The translations under genes were made by a program, and so were the position numbers. From Mobula hypostoma (Eukaryota): a stretch of DNA of 64,000 bases. This document shows, piece after piece, positions 11,887 through 24,915 of this stretch (positions are counted from its first letter, which is position 1; the number at the start of each line of letters is the position of its first letter). Location: assembly GCF_963921235.1 (NCBI RefSeq), contig NC_086108.1:110734001-110798000 (forward strand). Direction: 5' to 3'. The notes beneath the pieces were generated by a model. That model ran no database searches and had not been told where the DNA came from. It saw only the letters and a list, made by a program, of their open reading frames with translations.

Positions 11887-12651
11887 CAGCGGTCCCCAAC
11901 CACCGGGCCGCGGGCCGGAACCGGGCCGCAGGGCATGTGCTACCGGGCCGCGAGGAAACGATATGAGTCAGCTGCACCTTTCCTCATTCCCTGTCACGCA
12001 CTGTTGAACTTGAACATAGGGTTACCAACTGTCTCGTATTCGCCGGGACATCCCGTATATTGGGCTAAGTTGGTTTGTCCCATATTTCCCCTGCTAAGGT
12101 AGAGCGTTCCTATGAAACCTTTCATGCCGAAATGGCGTGAAGCAAAGAAGCAATTACCATTAATTTATATGGGAAAAATTTTTGAGTGTTCCCAGACCCA
12201 AAAAATAACTTACCAAATCATACTAAATAACACATAAAACTGAAAATAACGCTAACATATAGTGAAAGCAGGAATGATATGATAAATACATAGCTTATAT
12301 AAAGTAGAAATAATGTATGTACAGTATAGCCGGGAAGATGAAGGCAAAACGGATTTGTGGGGAAAAAAATCGGCACATACACGCATGCGCACGGCTACAC
12401 GCATGTTATGCATGCGCACGCAGGTACCCGCTCAAGGCTTCATGGTCATGGTAGTCTTTCCTGGGGTAAAGTGTCCCGGGATTTGACTGCTACTTTTGTC
12501 CCTTATTTGGGAGTGAGAAAATTGGCAACCCTAACTGTAAAAGATATGTTGAGGTGAGTTTAACCCTACTTGAACACCACCCCCCCACCCCCGGTCGGCC
12601 GGTTCGCAATTTTAAACAGGTCTGCGGTGCAAAAAAGGTTGGGGACCCCTG
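11887..12651. mobile_element. Non-autonomous hAT element (Charlie-like TIRs)
   Basis: TIRs CAGCGGTCCCCAACC and GGTTGGGGACCCCTG. Perfect 8-bp TSD TTATAGCT at 11879-11886 and 12652-12659. Confidence 0.9.
12017..12568. mobile_element. Second non-autonomous hAT element nested in the first
   Basis: Ends TAGGGTTA...TAACCCTA. Perfect 8-bp TSD CTTGAACA at 12009-12016 and 12569-12576. Confidence 0.85.
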
Positions 12652-14196
12652 TTATAGCTATTTCTATAATCTATTGGAGCGTCTAATTTTCCATGTAGCA
12701 TTTCAAATCAAAATATCAGATGCTGTTAGAATGATATTTAATGGTTATTTATTGTTGTCAGGCTGATTACGTATTTATAATAACGCCATAAGGGATGGAG
12801 CAGAATTGGGCCATTTGGCCCATCGATTCTGCTCCATCATTCTATCTTACTCCTGCTGACACACAGGTCGCCAACAGCAGCTCGCCAGAGACCTCTGTTC
12901 TGGGTCAGTCTTTCAGATTGTCCCCAGGTGTAGCCCATCGAAGATCATTTCTCTTCCAGGGTTGAGGTTTTTGGAACTTCTGTTGGTATTTCTTCTGTTC
13001 TGGATTTTGTGGGGTGGGGTTGTGACTTCATGCCCAACAACCCTCCTTTTGATCAGGGCTTGGAACAGTCCACGGCAATGCTCCGCCTCTGCCTCAACAC
13101 TTCGCCCTGTAACTTTTGACTCCCTGACTAATCAAGAACCTATCAACTTCTGCTTTAAATATACCCATTGACCTAGTCTCCACAGTCATTTGCGGCAATA
13201 AATTCACCATCCTCTGGCTAAAGAAATTCCTCCTCACCTCTGTTCTAAAGAGATGTTACTGTATTCTGAGGCTGTGCCCTCTGGTCCTAGAACTGAAGCA
13301 TACTTAGCGATTGAGAAGAGCTGTATTATTTATACCATTTTCTGATCAGAAATGACCAAGTAATTTAGCTTCTGGTCTCCAAGGTGCTGTTTGACCTGCT
13401 CAGTATTTCCAGCATTTTCAGTTTCTCTTTTGGGTTACTGATGTTTTCTATTTTATTGGCAGGAATTTATTATTTAGTTTTGAACTCAGAATTAGATTTA
13501 ATATTACCGGCATATGTCGTGAAATGTGTTGTTTTGCAGCAACAGTACAATGCAATACAGAATAATATAAGAACTTAAGTATTACAATAAGTAGTGTCAA
13601 AAGGGTGCATTGAATAAAAATAAATAGGTAATATTCATGGGTTCACTGTGCATTTAGAAATCTGATGGTGGAAGCGAAGAAACTGTTCTTGAAATGTTGA
13701 ATGTGTGTCTTCAGGCTCCTGCAAAACCTCCTTGATAGCAATGAGAAAAGGGCATGGCATGGTATGGGTGATGGGGGTCCTTAATGATGGATGCCCCCCT
13801 TTTGAGGCATCACCTTTTGAAGATGGTATTGTATAGGCAAGTACCCGTGATGCAGCTTGCTGAGTTTACAATTTCTGCAGCCTTTTCCGCTCCTGTGCAG
13901 TGACCCCTCCATTCCAGACAGTGATGCAACCACTCAGAAAACTCTCTGTGAATGGACTGTCCACTGTCTGTGTCCTCTACAGTAAAGATCACACTGTCTG
14001 AAACTGATGAAGAAAATACTGTCCATTGCTTTATGTGTTCTAGTGTGTGTCAGTGATCCTTTGAGGCTAGAATAGTGTAGAGTTCGAACATTCTATTAGT
14101 AGAGATGTTGAAGGATGAGTGTGTGCTGTGAAATTAGGTTTGCGGGTTCTGCAAGTGGGACAGAAGACACTCGTTAACGGTAGATAGGTTAACTAA

Positions 14197-14640
14197 GACT
14201 GGATGAACTGGGCTTGTACTCGTTGGAATTTAGAAGATTGAGGGGGGATCTGATTGAAACGTATAAAATCCTAAAGGGATTGGACAGGCTAGATGCAGGA
14301 AGATTGTTCCCGATGTTGGGGAAGTCCAGAACGAGGGGTCACAGTTTGAGGATAAGGGGGAAGCCTTTTAGGACCGAGATTAGGAAAAACTTCTTCACAC
14401 AGAGAGTGGTGAATCTGTGGAATTCTCTGCCACAGGAAACAGTTGAGGCCAGTTCATTGACTATATTTAAGAGGGAGTTAGATATGGCCCTTGTGGCTAC
14501 GGGGGTCAGGGGGTATGGAGGGAAGGCTGGTACAGGGTTCTGAGTTGGATGATCAGCCATGATCATAATAAATGGCAGTGCAGGCTCGAAGGGCCGAATG
14601 GCCTACTCCTGCCCCTATTTTCTATGTTTCTATGTTTCTA
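14197..14640 (+). mobile_element. Young CR1 (family A) 3' fragment
   Basis: Near-identical to the 3' ends of the copies at 21.7, 27.4, 36.3 and 40.9 kb. (TTTCTATG)n tail. Confidence 0.92.
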
Positions 14641-15215
14641 TTTATTTACAGGACAAAACAGACACAAAACATTCAAGCTACACTCAGTTACAAATACTTA
14701 CCTAAAGTGTGCATCTGAGCCCTCTTTACTGCAGCACACCTCCATTGTTTACTGTTTCCATGGCGCCAACCCCCAGCTCACGGCAACCAGGAGAGCAAAA
14801 AGAAGCCACATGGTTTCCGCGCACTGGGTTTAAACTCCAGCATGCTGTGACATCATCAGCTAAACAGCTATTTAATACGTGATTTTTTTTTACTGCTATT
14901 TTATATGTGCCTTGTGCTGTGTATGATGGTTGGTTCTGCGTTTTGCACCTTGGCCCAAGAGTAATGCTGTTCTGTTTGGCTGTATCACAGCTATTTATGT
15001 ATGACAATTAAACTTGAACTTGAAAGGATGCAATGCTCCTTACATGGGCCAACCCCCACCTCCCATGGGGGAGCAGCTTTCAGTGAGCGGGTACATTTGA
15101 CACTTGCTGAAACAGAGTCTCTACCACTGATTGGGGTTAATGGACAGATCACTGAATGTATGTGTGCTCTTTTACTGAATGCAGTTCTTGACTTTTATTC
15201 TCTATTACTCTTAAG

Positions 15216-15257
15216 CGTCACGAAATGGACACAAGCCGCAGGAAATTCCACCTGTAA
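15216..15257 (+). CDS. RPF1: RPF1 terminal coding exon
   Basis: Pyrimidine tract plus aag acceptor ending at 15215. Reads RHEMDTSRRKFHL-stop (TAA 15255-15257), the conserved RPF1 C-terminus. Confidence 0.93.
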   Translation, partial: RHEMDTSRRKFHL

Positions 15258-15551
15258 TGCAGGACTCAAACAGGACTGGATACACCAACTGTTGCTACAC
15301 CTTAAGTATTTTGGATAATCTGAAGACTAGCAACACAGTCTCATCATTTTCACACAAGACTGGCATGAACTGAGGCTGTAACAGTGCTTGAAGAAGAACG
15401 ACATCTCAGAATGCTGACTTCCTTGTAAAGTTTCTGCTAAAGAGAACTAAACTCCCAAATTTGGAAGTTTCTCGCTGGGGTGTACTTGTTCTTCAAATAT
15501 AAAGAATACCTTATAATTACTGTTTTGTAGAAGGACTGTAGGTTTAAATCA

Positions 15552-15557
15552 ATTAAA
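15552..15557 (+). promoter_or_regulatory. Candidate RPF1 polyadenylation signal (ATTAAA)
   Basis: ATTAAA about 295 nt after the stop, followed by a GT-rich tract near 15586-15600 and then repeat-derived sequence. Confidence 0.4.
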
Positions 15558-17661
15558 TCATTCATTTGAATATACGCTACCAGAATTGTTAGTGTGTGTT
15601 GGGCAAATGCAGGTTTACTTTAAAACAGCTTTGTTCTTAAACATGGGTTACGGGTGAAAGGTGAAATGAGGGGGAAACAACTTCATTCAGAGGGTGGTGT
15701 GAGTGTGAAATGACCTGCCATTGGAAGTGGTGGATGTGGAATTGATTGCAAGATTGATTTCTCTGACTTAAGGTAATTTTTCCCCTATCTCCCTTCTTCC
15801 TGGGTGCAGGTTGATGGGACCAGGAAGATTAATGGTTTGGCATGGACTGGATGGGTTGTAGGGCCTGCTTCTGTGATGTAGTGTTCTGTGACTCTATGAG
15901 CTGGGGGCAGCCCGCAAATGTCGCCTTGCTTCTGGTCCCAATGTAACGGGCCCACAACTCACGAACACCTACTAATCCATACGTGTTTAGTACACGGGAT
16001 GAAACCGGAGCACCCGGAGAAAACCCACATGGTTACGGGGAGAACATGTAAACTCCTTGCGGACAGTGGTGGGAATTAAAACACAATTGCTGGTGCCGTA
16101 AAGCACTACGCTACCATTGCAGTTGTATGAAACGCTGGTTAGTCTGCACTTAAAGAACATTGTATACCGTTCTTGTCTCCACACTACAGGAGGTTGTGTA
16201 GCAATAGAGACTGTACAGATGAGATTCACCAGGATGGGACCCGGAGTGGAGAGCTATTGGTTATAACATGCGCCTTCATGGTACAGACCCTGTGGGCAAT
16301 TGATCACTCATCAGTGTCGCCTACTGAAATGTCACAGGAGATTGGAACATTAAAAAAAACGGGTGCGTCTGTCAGAGGCTTCTGCACTCGACCTCTCCCT
16401 CTCCCCCCCCCCTGCAGAATGTAACATTGAAGCAGTGAGCTGTTGGTTTCCCCTTTCACTGTGGTAGGAGTGATGCCTCTCATTAGTGAGAGAGAGCCTG
16501 TGGGATGTCAAACTGCTGTGTTATCGATTTTATCTAGATCATGGTTTCTTCAGGGGCTTAGCTATTGCTTGTGTGGTGGGGGGGGGGATGATGCTTCCTG
16601 CTGGAACAAATAGGGGAGGGGTAGGAGGGAGGGTTGATGCTTTACTGCTTGTGTGCGTAGTGGGGTTGGAGGGCTTTGGGGTTCTAATGTTTTTCTATCA
16701 CTCATTCTTGGGGAGGGTTTTGTTCGGTTTCGTGGATGTCTGCCAAGTGTAAGAATTTTTGGTTGTATTCTGTATATAATCTCTGATATTAAGTGGAACC
16801 TTGAATCATTGGCGAGGCTGGGATGGTTCTCATTGGAACAGAGGAGACTGAGAGGTGACGTGAAAGAGGCATAGATTGGATAGAGAGTCAGTCCTTTACC
16901 CCAGGACGGGAGTGTCAAGAACCAGATGACACAGCTTTAAGGTGAGTGGGGAGAATATCTGAGGGGAAGGTTTTTCCACACAGAATGCTCCCAGAGGACG
17001 TGAATCAGAGTCAGATTTATTATCACTGAAATGTTGTACTGTGCAAAAGTCTTAGGACATATATATAGCTATAGGGTGCCTAAGATGGTTGCACAGTACT
17101 GTAGTAATTTTATGTATTGAACTGTGTTGCTGCCACAAAGGAAAAGCAAATTTCATGATGTGTGAATGATGATAAACCTGATTCTGATTTGGGTCTGTTG
17201 TGGACTGAGAGTGGGCAGGGGGCAGGGAGGGGTGAATCGTGGTTGGGAAAAGGGGAAGAGAGAGGGGAGGGGTGGGAAGCAACAGGGGGGCATTCTATAA
17301 TCAATAAACCAATTGTTTATAATCAAATAACCTTGCCCTGTGCTCTGCTGGATGTATCTCCATCTGTGCCGCCCCTGCCCCGGCACTCCTCTGCCACCCG
17401 ATCAAAACTTCTCCATGGAAGGCTTCCAGACCGTTCCGGCTGACCGGAAGTGCACTGAGGGCGGTAAGCGTAAAGGAGTTGGGTGCTTACTGTTCTGGTT
17501 AACAACAGATGGTGCAATCCAGGTCATATTATGATCGAGGAACGTGTTTGTAGACCGGATATTGAACTTTTTACTGTTGGACTTCGGCCATATTCCACCG
17601 AGATACAACACTGGGCGGCACGGGAGGTTGTTCCTGCCTGTGGCCATCGAACTTGCAGCTC

Positions 17662-18070
17662 CCGCTAATGCCCCACCTCCCCCTCGTACCCCATCCGTTA
17701 TTTATTTATATACGCACATTCTTTCTCTCTCCTTTTTCTCTCTGACTATACCCCTTTCCCATCCTCTGGACTTTCCCCCCTCCCCGGACCTCCTGTCCCA
17801 TGATCCTCTCATATCCCTTTTGCCAATCACCTGTCCAGCTCTTGGCTCCATCCCTTCCCCTCCTGTCTTCTCCTATCATTTTGGATCTCCCCCTCCCCCT
17901 CCCACTTTCAAATCTCTTACTAGCTCTTCCTTCAGTTAGTCCTGACGAAGGGTCTCGGCCTGAAACGTCGACTGCACCTCTTCCTACAGATGCTGCCTGG
18001 CCTGCTGCGTTCACCAGCAACTTGATGTGTGTTGCTTGAATTTCCAGCATCTGCAGAATTCCTGTTGTTT
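17662..18070 (+). mobile_element. Penelope-like element terminal repeat fragment
   Basis: Closely matches 48750-49155 of the Penelope-like element. Confidence 0.85.
17937..17974 (+). ncRNA. Minimal type-I hammerhead ribozyme motif
   Basis: TAGTC-CTGACGA-AGGGTCTCGGCCT-GAAA-CGTC-GACTG: both core boxes, stem I, stem II and a palindromic ACGT stem III. Confidence 0.72.
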
Positions 18071-20869
18071 GCACCATGAACATTGACTTCTCCAACTTCC
18101 GGTAATTTGTCTCCCTAGCCCTTTTTATCACCATTCCCCATTCCGGTTAAGCTACAGAGGGTTGTAATCTCAGCCAGTACCATCATAGGCATTAGTCTTC
18201 CCACTACCAAAAACATCTTCAAAAGGTGGCATCCATCAGTAAGGACCCTCAGCAGTCAGGGGTATGTCACCCTCTCGTTGCTAGCAGCAGGGAGGAGGAA
18301 CTCACACCATTTTAGAAAACAGCTTCTTCCCTTCCAACATCAGATTTTTGAGCTGCCATGAACACTACCTCAATATTCTTCTTTCGCACTATTTACTTTT
18401 TGTAACTTACAGTAATTTTTTGTCTTGCTCTGTGCTGCCGGCATAAAGCAAACTTCACAACATATCAGTGATAATACATCTGATTCTGATTGGCTTTAAC
18501 AATGAGCCCATGGCTGACAGAGTAAACAACTGCTAGTCTTTATCCCCTTCCCCTTCTTTCTTCAGTTTCCCACCCTGGCCTCTTGCTTCTTCTCACAGCC
18601 TTACACCTTCCTCTGGTGTCCCTTCTCCTTCCCCTTCTCCCTTAGTCCATTCTCCTCTCCCATTAGATTACTTCTTTGGTCATTACCTTTTCCATGTATG
18701 ACCCTCCCAGCTCGTTACTTCAAACCACCCCCCCCCCTTCACCTAGTCTTTCCTATCACCTGCCAGATTGACTTCTCACTTCTATTATTCCAGCATCTTC
18801 CTTCTTCCTTTCCCGGTACTGATGAAGGGTCTCAGCCTGAAACGTTGAGTGTTTATTCCTCGCCGTAGATGCTGCCTGACCTGCTGTTTTTCTAGCGTTT
18901 TCTGCCTGTACAGTTCTGTGCAGGTTATGAATTGTTTGCCAGACACTGAATAGGAAGAACCTTTATTTCTGATCTGGAATGCTTGTTGCTTACAAAAAGA
19001 GAAAGACTGATGTTTCTTTACATGAGAACCACACAAAAAAGATAAGGCTGAGATACAGGTCACAAAATGATTCAGAATCAAATGTTTCAAAAACGCAATG
19101 CCATGCAAAAGATCAATTTAATACAATACTTTACTCTATTTGTTACCTCACTAATTCAGGATGAGAACTGCCATAAAATTAGTTTGCCAGTCACTCCTAA
19201 TCTGCACATTTAAAAAAGTTTATTGAAAGATTTAGATTCTTGGACTAGCCTACACTGCAATAATACTAAACAAGACTGTAAGTCAACAGTGGAACCACAT
19301 TATGCCCATTTTGAATTGATTAAGTACTGCATATACCAGGGATTAAGATTCCAAATAGTTGTGGCTTTATGCCAAACCTCCTAAGTTTGAATACTTGACT
19401 GACAGAATAAGACCTTGCACATCTTACGTACTTTCCTCAGAACCAGTGAACTTTCTAATATAGAAAGATATACCATGGTATCAGACCCCTCTGACCCAAC
19501 AAGCTAACGTGCCCACTTTAACCGTTATTGCTGGCAGCTCATTCCAAACACACACTGCCCTTTGTGTGAAAAAGCCTTGCCTGATTGTCCCTTTAAACCT
19601 GTCGCCTCGGATCTTTGTTTCTGTATTTCTTTTTTTTGGGAGATGCAGCATGGTAATGGGCCCTTCTGGTCCAATGAGCCCGTGCCTTCCAATTGCACCC
19701 ATGTGACAAATTAACCTCCAGAAACTGTCTGTAAGGAGTCTGTACGTTCTCCCCATAACCATGTGGCTTTCCTCCAGGTGCTCCTGTTTCCTCCCACAGT
19801 CCAAAGACATGCTGGTTGGTAGAATACTTGGTCAGTGTAAATTGTCTGGCGATTAGGCTAGGGTTTAATTGAGGGTCGCTGGGTGTCGCAGCTTGAAGGT
19901 TGGGAAGGGCGTATTCTGAGCGGTATCTTAATAAATAAATAAATAAATCAACCATGTCTTTAGAATGAGGGAGGAAGCACGCAGTCATTGGGAGAAGATA
20001 CAATCTCCTTATGGACTGCGGCAGAATTGATCCCGGTTTGCTGCCACTGTAATGTTATATGAACCATTACGTCACCGTGTTGACCCAACATGACTAAATG
20101 CCACGAAGTAGATGGCAATGCTGTAACCCATTTGTGTGTCGCAAGGCCACTGCTTACCTCACTATAGGAAGGATGTGGAAGCTTTAGAGAGGGTGAGAGG
20201 AAATTTGCCAGGGTGCTGCCTGGGTTGGAGAGCTTCTCTTATGAGGACAGGTTGAGTGAGCTAGGGCTTTTCTCTTTGGAGAGAAGAAAGATGAGAGGCG
20301 ACTTGATAGAGGTGTATAAGATGCTGAGAAGCATAGGTCTTCCCCACTCCCCTCCCCCAGGGTGGAAATGGCTAACACAAGGGGGCAAAATTTTAAGGTG
20401 ATTCAAGGAAAGTATGGGGAGATTTCCGAGGCAGGTTTTTTAAAAAATACACAAAATGGTGGATGTGTGGAATGCTCTGCCTGGGGTGGTGGTAGAGGCA
20501 GATACATTTGGGACATTTAAGAGACACGTCAATGGTAGAAAAAATGGAGGGCTATGGGGGTGAGTAGGTTAACGGTTTGGCACAACATGGTGGGCCGAAT
20601 GGCCTGTACTCTGTTAATAATGAATAACAAAGTTGAGCTGCCTTCAAAACAATACTGTAAAAGTTGCATGTCTCAAGACAGTTTCAAATTACAGCTCTTT
20701 CAATGAATCTCAACTATTACACTTTTGTCAGATGAAAGCCTTGGACAAATTAACATGATCAATACTGAACCTCGCTAGGGTGCTTTTGAAACCTTGGGAG
20801 TGGTATCTGGTGTGTTGGGAAGAGCATTCAATCTTGCACACTAGTATATAAAGTATCAAAATGGTTTTA

Positions 20870-21190
20870 ACCACAATATTTAGATATTTATTACAATGTC
20901 ATTACAAGTGTACAAAGTTTTTAGAAATAGCATTACACCCAAGCTACTAATATTGTAACTACAGTACCAGAATGAAGCAACAAGTGAGGTTTAAATCAGT
21001 ATCAAAGGACAATTTAAAAAAAAATGACAGTATGGAGAGTTGGCACAGATTACAAGAGATTTTCAGAAAGATCCAACACGGCTTGTCTGTTGGTTTGAAG
21101 GCCACCGAGAATCAAGATTAGTGTAAACATCTTCATTATTTTCAGAACCATGCGTCAAGGACAAATTTCCCATTGAAGACCCAAAAGTAC
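20870..21190 (-). other. GNG5: Probable non-coding terminal (3'UTR) exon of GNG5
   Basis: Minus-strand acceptor ttattttctcctcattgcag ending at 21191. Unique AT-rich sequence with AATAAA at 20892-20887. Matching donor GTAAGT at 32914. The 3' end is approximate. Confidence 0.6.
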
Positions 21191-21746
21191 CTGCAATGAG
21201 GAGAAAATAAATTATAAGGCATCGGTCAGAGTACTTTTGGACTATTGAGAGCAATTTTGGGATGTGCTGGCATTGGAGAGGGTCCTGAGGAGGTTCACAA
21301 GAATGATCCCAAGAATAAAAAGGTTAACATACGAGGTGCATTTGATGGCTCTGAGCCTGTACTCAAGGGTTTAGAAGAATGGCGAGGGGTGGGGGAATCT
21401 CATTGCAACCCTATTGAATATTGAAAGGCAAATCATAAAGAAAGGCTGCAGATGTTGAAAATCCAAAGCAACACACACAAAATGCTGGAGGAACAGCAGG
21501 TAAGGCAGAGTCTACGGAGAGGAATAAACAGTTGACGTTTTGGGCTGTGGCCCTTTGGACGGCATTTTAGAAAGGCCTGGACAGAGTAGATGTGAAGAGG
21601 ATGTTTCTCATGGTGGGGGAGTCTAGGACCAGAGGGCACAGCCTCAGAACAGAGGGATGTCCATTTAGAAGAGAGATGAGGAGGAATTTCTGTAGCCAGA
21701 GGGTGGTTAATGTGTGCAACAGATGACTATGGAGGAAAGTATGACA

Positions 21747-24700
21747 GGGAGATTAGCAGGGGCTACTGAGGTGACTTTAAACTAGAATGATTGGGGGGTG
21801 GGAATCAAATTAAAGAGGCTAGGCGTGAGGAGGTTAGTTCACAACAGGGGGCTGGGAACCAGTGCAGAGAGACAGAGGGGTGTAAAGTGAGCGTAGAAGC
21901 AAAAAGTACTAAGGAGAAAAGTGAAAGTGGCAGGCCAACAAATCCAGGGCAAGCATTAAAAAGGGCCACTGTTCAACATAATTGTATAAGGGCTAAGAGA
22001 GTTGTAAAAGAGCGCCTGAAGGCTTTGTGTGTCAATGCAAGGAGCATTCGTAATAAGGTGGATGAATTGAAAGTGCAGATTGTTATTAATGATTATGATA
22101 TAGTTGGGATCACAGAGACATGGCTCCAGGGTGACCAGGGATGGGAGCTCAACGTTCAGGGATATTCAATATTCAGGAGGGATAGACATGAAGGAAGAGG
22201 AGGTGGGGTGGCGTTGCTGGTTAAAGAAAAGATTAACGCAATAGAAAAGAAGGACATAAGCCGGGAAGATGTGGAATGGATATGGGTAGAGCTGCGTAAC
22301 ACTAAGGGGCAGAAAACGCTGGTGGGAGTTGTGTACAGGCCACCTAACAGTAGTAGTGAGGTCGGAGATGGTATTAAACAGGAAATTAGAAATGTGTGCA
22401 ATAAAGGAACAGCAGTTATAATGGGTGACTTCAATCTACATATAGATTGGGTGAACCAAATTGGTAAAGGTGCTGAGGAAGAGGATTTCTTGGAATGTAT
22501 GCGGGATGGTTTTTTGAACCAACATGTCGAGGAACCAACTAGAGAGCAGGCTATTCTGGACTGGGTTTTGACCAATGAGGAAGGGTTAATTAGCAATCTT
22601 GTTGTGAGAGGCCCCTTGGGTAAGAGTGACCATAATATGGTAGAATTCTTCATTAAGATGGAGAATGACATAGTTAATTCAGAAACAAAGGTTCTGAACT
22701 TAAAGAGGGGTAACTTTGAAGGTATGAGACATGAATTAGCTAAGATAGACTGGCAAATGACACTTAAAGAATTGACGGTGGATATGCAATGGCAAGCATT
22801 TAAAGGTTGCATGGATGAACTACAACAATTGTTTATCCCAGTTTGGCAAAAGAATAAATCAAGGAAGGTAGTGCACCCGTGGCTGACAAGAGAAATTAGG
22901 GATAGTATCAATTCCAAAGAAGAAGCATACAAATTAGCCAGAGGAAGTGGCTCACCTGAGGACTGGGAGAAATTCAGAGTTCAGCAGAGGAGGACAAAGG
23001 GCTTAATTAGGAAGGGGAAAAAAGATTATGAGAGAAAACTGGTAGGGAACATAAAAACTGACTGTAAAAGCTTTTATAGATATGTAAAAAGGAAAAGACT
23101 GGTAAAGACAAAAGTAGGTCCCCTACAGACAGAAACAGGTGAATTGATTATGGGGAGCAAGGACATGGCAGACCAATTGAATAATTACTTTGGTTCTGTC
23201 TTCACTAAGGAGGACATAAGTAATCTTCCAGAAATAGTAGGGGACAGAGGGTCCAGTGAGATGGAGGAACTGAGCGAAATACATGTTAGTAGGGAAGTGG
23301 TGTTAGGTAAATTGAAGGGATTGAAGGCCGATAAATCCCCAGGGCCAGATGGTCTGCATCCTAGAGTGCTTAAGGAAGTAGCCCAAGAAATAGTGGATGC
23401 ATTAGTGATAATTTTTCAAAATTTGTTAGATTCTGGACTAGTTCCTGAGGATTGGAGGGTGGCTAATGTAACCCCACTTTTTAAAAAAGGAGGGAGAGAG
23501 AAACCGGGGAATTATAGACCGGTTAGCCTAACGTTGGTGGTGGGGAAATTGCTGGAGTCAGTTATCAAAGATGTGATAACAGCACATTTGGAAAGTGGTG
23601 AAATCATCGGACAAAGTCAGCATGGATTTGTGAAAGGAAAATCATGTCTGACGAATCTCATAGAATTTTTTGAGGATGTAACTAGTAAAGTGGATAGGGG
23701 AGAACCAGTGGATGTGGTATATTTGGATTTTCAAAAGGCTTTTGACAAGGTCCCACACAGGAGATTAGTGTGCAAACTTAAAGCACACGGTATTGGGGGT
23801 AAGGTATTGGTGTGGTTGGAGAATCGGTTAGCAGACAGGAAGCAAAGAGTGGGAATAAACGGGACCTTTTCAGAATGGCAGGCGGTGACTAGTGGGGTAC
23901 CGCAAGGCTCAGTGCTGGGACCCCAGTTGTTTACAATATATATTAATGACTTGGATGAGGGAATTGAATGCAGCATCTCCAAGTTTGCGGATGACACGAA
24001 GCTGGGTGGCAGTGTTAGCTGTGAGGAGGATGCTAAGAGGATGCAGGGTGAGTTGGATAGGTTGGGTGAGTGGGCAAATTCATGGCAGATGCAATTTAAT
24101 GTGGATAAATGTGAAGTTATCCACTTTGGTGGCAAAAATAGGAAAACAGATTATTATCTGAATGGTGGCTGATTAGGAAAAGGGGAGGTGCAACGAGACC
24201 TGGGTGTCATTATACACCAGTCATTGAAAGTGGGCATGCAGGTACAGCAGGCGGTGAAAAAGGCGAATGGTATGCTGGCATTTATAGCGAGAGGATTCGA
24301 GTACAGGAGCAGGGAGGTACTACTGCAGTTGCACAAGGCCTTGGTGAGACCACACCTGGAGTATTGTGTGCAGTTTTGGTCCCCTCATCTGAGGAAAGAC
24401 ATCCTTGCCATAGAGGGAGTACAAAGAAGGTTCACCAGATTGATTCCTGGGATGGCAGGACTTTCATATGAAGAAAGACTGGATGAACTGGGCTTGTACT
24501 CGTTGGAATTTAGAAGATTGAGGGGGGATCTGATTGAAACGTATAAAATCCTAAAGGGATTGGACAGGCTAGATGCAGGAAGATTGTTCCCGATGTTGGG
24601 GTAGTCCAGAAGGAGGGGCTACAGTTTGAGGATAGAGGGGAAGCCTTTTAGGACCGAGATTAGGAAAAACTTCTTCACACAGAGAGTGGTGAATCTGTGG

Positions 24701-24915
24701 AATTCTCTGCCACAGGAAACAGTTGAGGCCAGTTCATTGGCTATATTTAAGAGGGAGTTAGATATAGCCCTTGTGGCTACGGGGGTCAGGGGGTATGGAG
24801 GGAAGGCTGGGGTGGGGTTCTGAGTTGGATGATCAGCCATGATCATAATAAATGGCGGTGCAGGCTCGAAGGGCCGAATGGCCTACTCTTGCACCTATTT
24901 TCTATGTTTCTATGT
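21747..24915 (+). mobile_element. CR1 LINE family A, 5'-truncated at end of ORF1, nearly intact ORF2
   Basis: 793-aa ORF with APE endonuclease and RT (FADD). Stops at 24170-24172 (TGA) and 24602-24604 (TAG). TTTCTATG tail. Inserted into an older CR1 fragment (~21264-25090). Confidence 0.96.

Noticed and set aside
15001..15318. 105-aa ORF overlapping the RPF1 last exon
   Set aside because: Different frame from the conserved RHEMDTSRRKFHL exon, starts in repeat-derived intron, and has no recognisable homology.
22156..22932. Long antisense ORFs over CR1 elements (also 3847-4395 and 27766-28458)
   Set aside because: Shadow frames of LINE coding sequence with no recognisable domain.
24170..24172. 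In-frame TGA as programmed readthrough or selenocysteine
   Set aside because: Other copies have CGA, so it is best explained as a CpG transition; no SECIS was recognised.
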